Source of the DNA: a bacterium
Lineage (GTDB): Bacteria > Patescibacteriota > Minisyncoccia > UBA6257 > JAUSGH01
Direction: 5' to 3'
DNA: 64,000 nt
Assembly: GCA_030649055.1 (NCBI GenBank)
Contig: JAUSGH010000001.1
Span: 10,907 to 74,906 of the forward strand
Below, piece after piece: positions 63,321 through 64,000 of this stretch. Numbering within the stretch: the first letter of the stretch is position 1; each line of letters starts with the position of its first letter. The position numbers and the translations under genes were made by a program. The notes below the pieces were generated by a model, which was given only the letters and a program-made list of their open reading frames with translations, had not been told where the DNA came from and ran no database searches.

Positions 63321-64000
63321 ATGAAACAAAAAAGCATGGAAGCATATGGCGCCATGCTTTTTTGTTTGCTATGTTTTGTTATACTTAAAGTAATATGCAA
63401 TTCCAGAATCAAAGAAGCAACCACCTTCCCAATTTATTGCTTTATTGCTTTATTGCTTTATTTCCCTGCCGCCGCTCATGCCTTCAACGGTCCGCCGCCG
63501 GGAAATCCGCCAACCGGTAACGGCTCCATTGTTACGGATGCCTCAAACCGCGTTGGGATTGGAACAGCATCACCCGACCAACTACTCACCGTTAAAAACG
63601 GAATGGTGCATGTCGCGAACGGCGCGACGCTTACGACAACTCCGGGAAGCACCGCTGGATATGGTCTTTTTATCGGCACCGATAACGCAACGGGCGAGTC
63701 GCGCATTCAAACCTATTGGAATACAGGCACGTCATTTTTGACTTTTCATACAAATACCGGCGGACTTGCAAGCGTGGAACGTGCGCGTATTGACGCAAAT
63801 GGCTTGACGACCACCGGCTTCAAACTTACCACCGGACCGGCAATCGGCTACGTTTTGACAAGCGACGCGACAGGTGTTGGCACATGGCAAGCAACGGCGG
63901 GTGATATCACCGGAGTTACGGCCGGAACGGGACTCACAGGAGGAGGAGTTTCAGGCACGGTTACGTTAAATCTTTCTACCCCCGTGACAGTCGCGAATGG
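63321..64000 (+). CDS. Partial surface/fibre-like protein (runs off the window; start uncertain)
   Basis: Open frame with AHA signal site, RVGIGTASP, GYVLTSDATGVGTW, GDITGVTAGTGLTGGG. Confidence 0.75.
   Translation, partial: MKQKSMEAYGAMLFCLLCFVILKVICNSRIKEATTFPIYCFIALLLYFPAAAHAFNGPPPGNPPTGNGSIVTDASNRVGIGTASPDQLLTVKNGMVHVANGATLTTTPGSTAGYGLFIGTDNATGESRIQTYWNTGTSFLTFHTNTGGLASVERARIDANGLTTTGFKLTTGPAIGYVLTSDATGVGTWQATAGDITGVTAGTGLTGGGVSGTVTLNLSTPVTVAN

Overview
A 64-kb piece of a bacterial chromosome. The gene repertoire points to Patescibacteria (CPR, Parcubacteria-like): a short SecA, a cluster of VirB2/TrbC-type pilins, rpsO-NYN-pnp, a 23S-5S unit with no 16S and two group I introns, and tRNA-Ile(UAU). 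It uses genetic code 11. The housekeeping backbone is secA, raiA, murB, yraN, dksA-like, comM, pnp, rpsO, rpsA, gyrA, xer, ftsH, gdhA, rsmE, rodA, mltG and rpoB/rpoC. This backbone is interrupted by about a dozen self-contained one- or two-gene cassettes (sigma70 promoter, GTTCT motif, strong SD, ORFan, terminator) and by several families of palindromic repeats/MITEs, some inserted in frame in essential genes. The most unusual signals are: (i) a nested, duplicated tRNA-Ile(UAU) locus at 30.6-31.4 kb; (ii) a promoter-driven array of aberrant tRNA-Gly-like RNAs leading into a double zinc-ribbon ORF at 37.6-38.5 kb; (iii) a dense array of parS-like 16-bp palindromes upstream of yraN; (iv) two candidate ncRNAs upstream of murB. 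All calls were made by eye, with no database searches or folding software.
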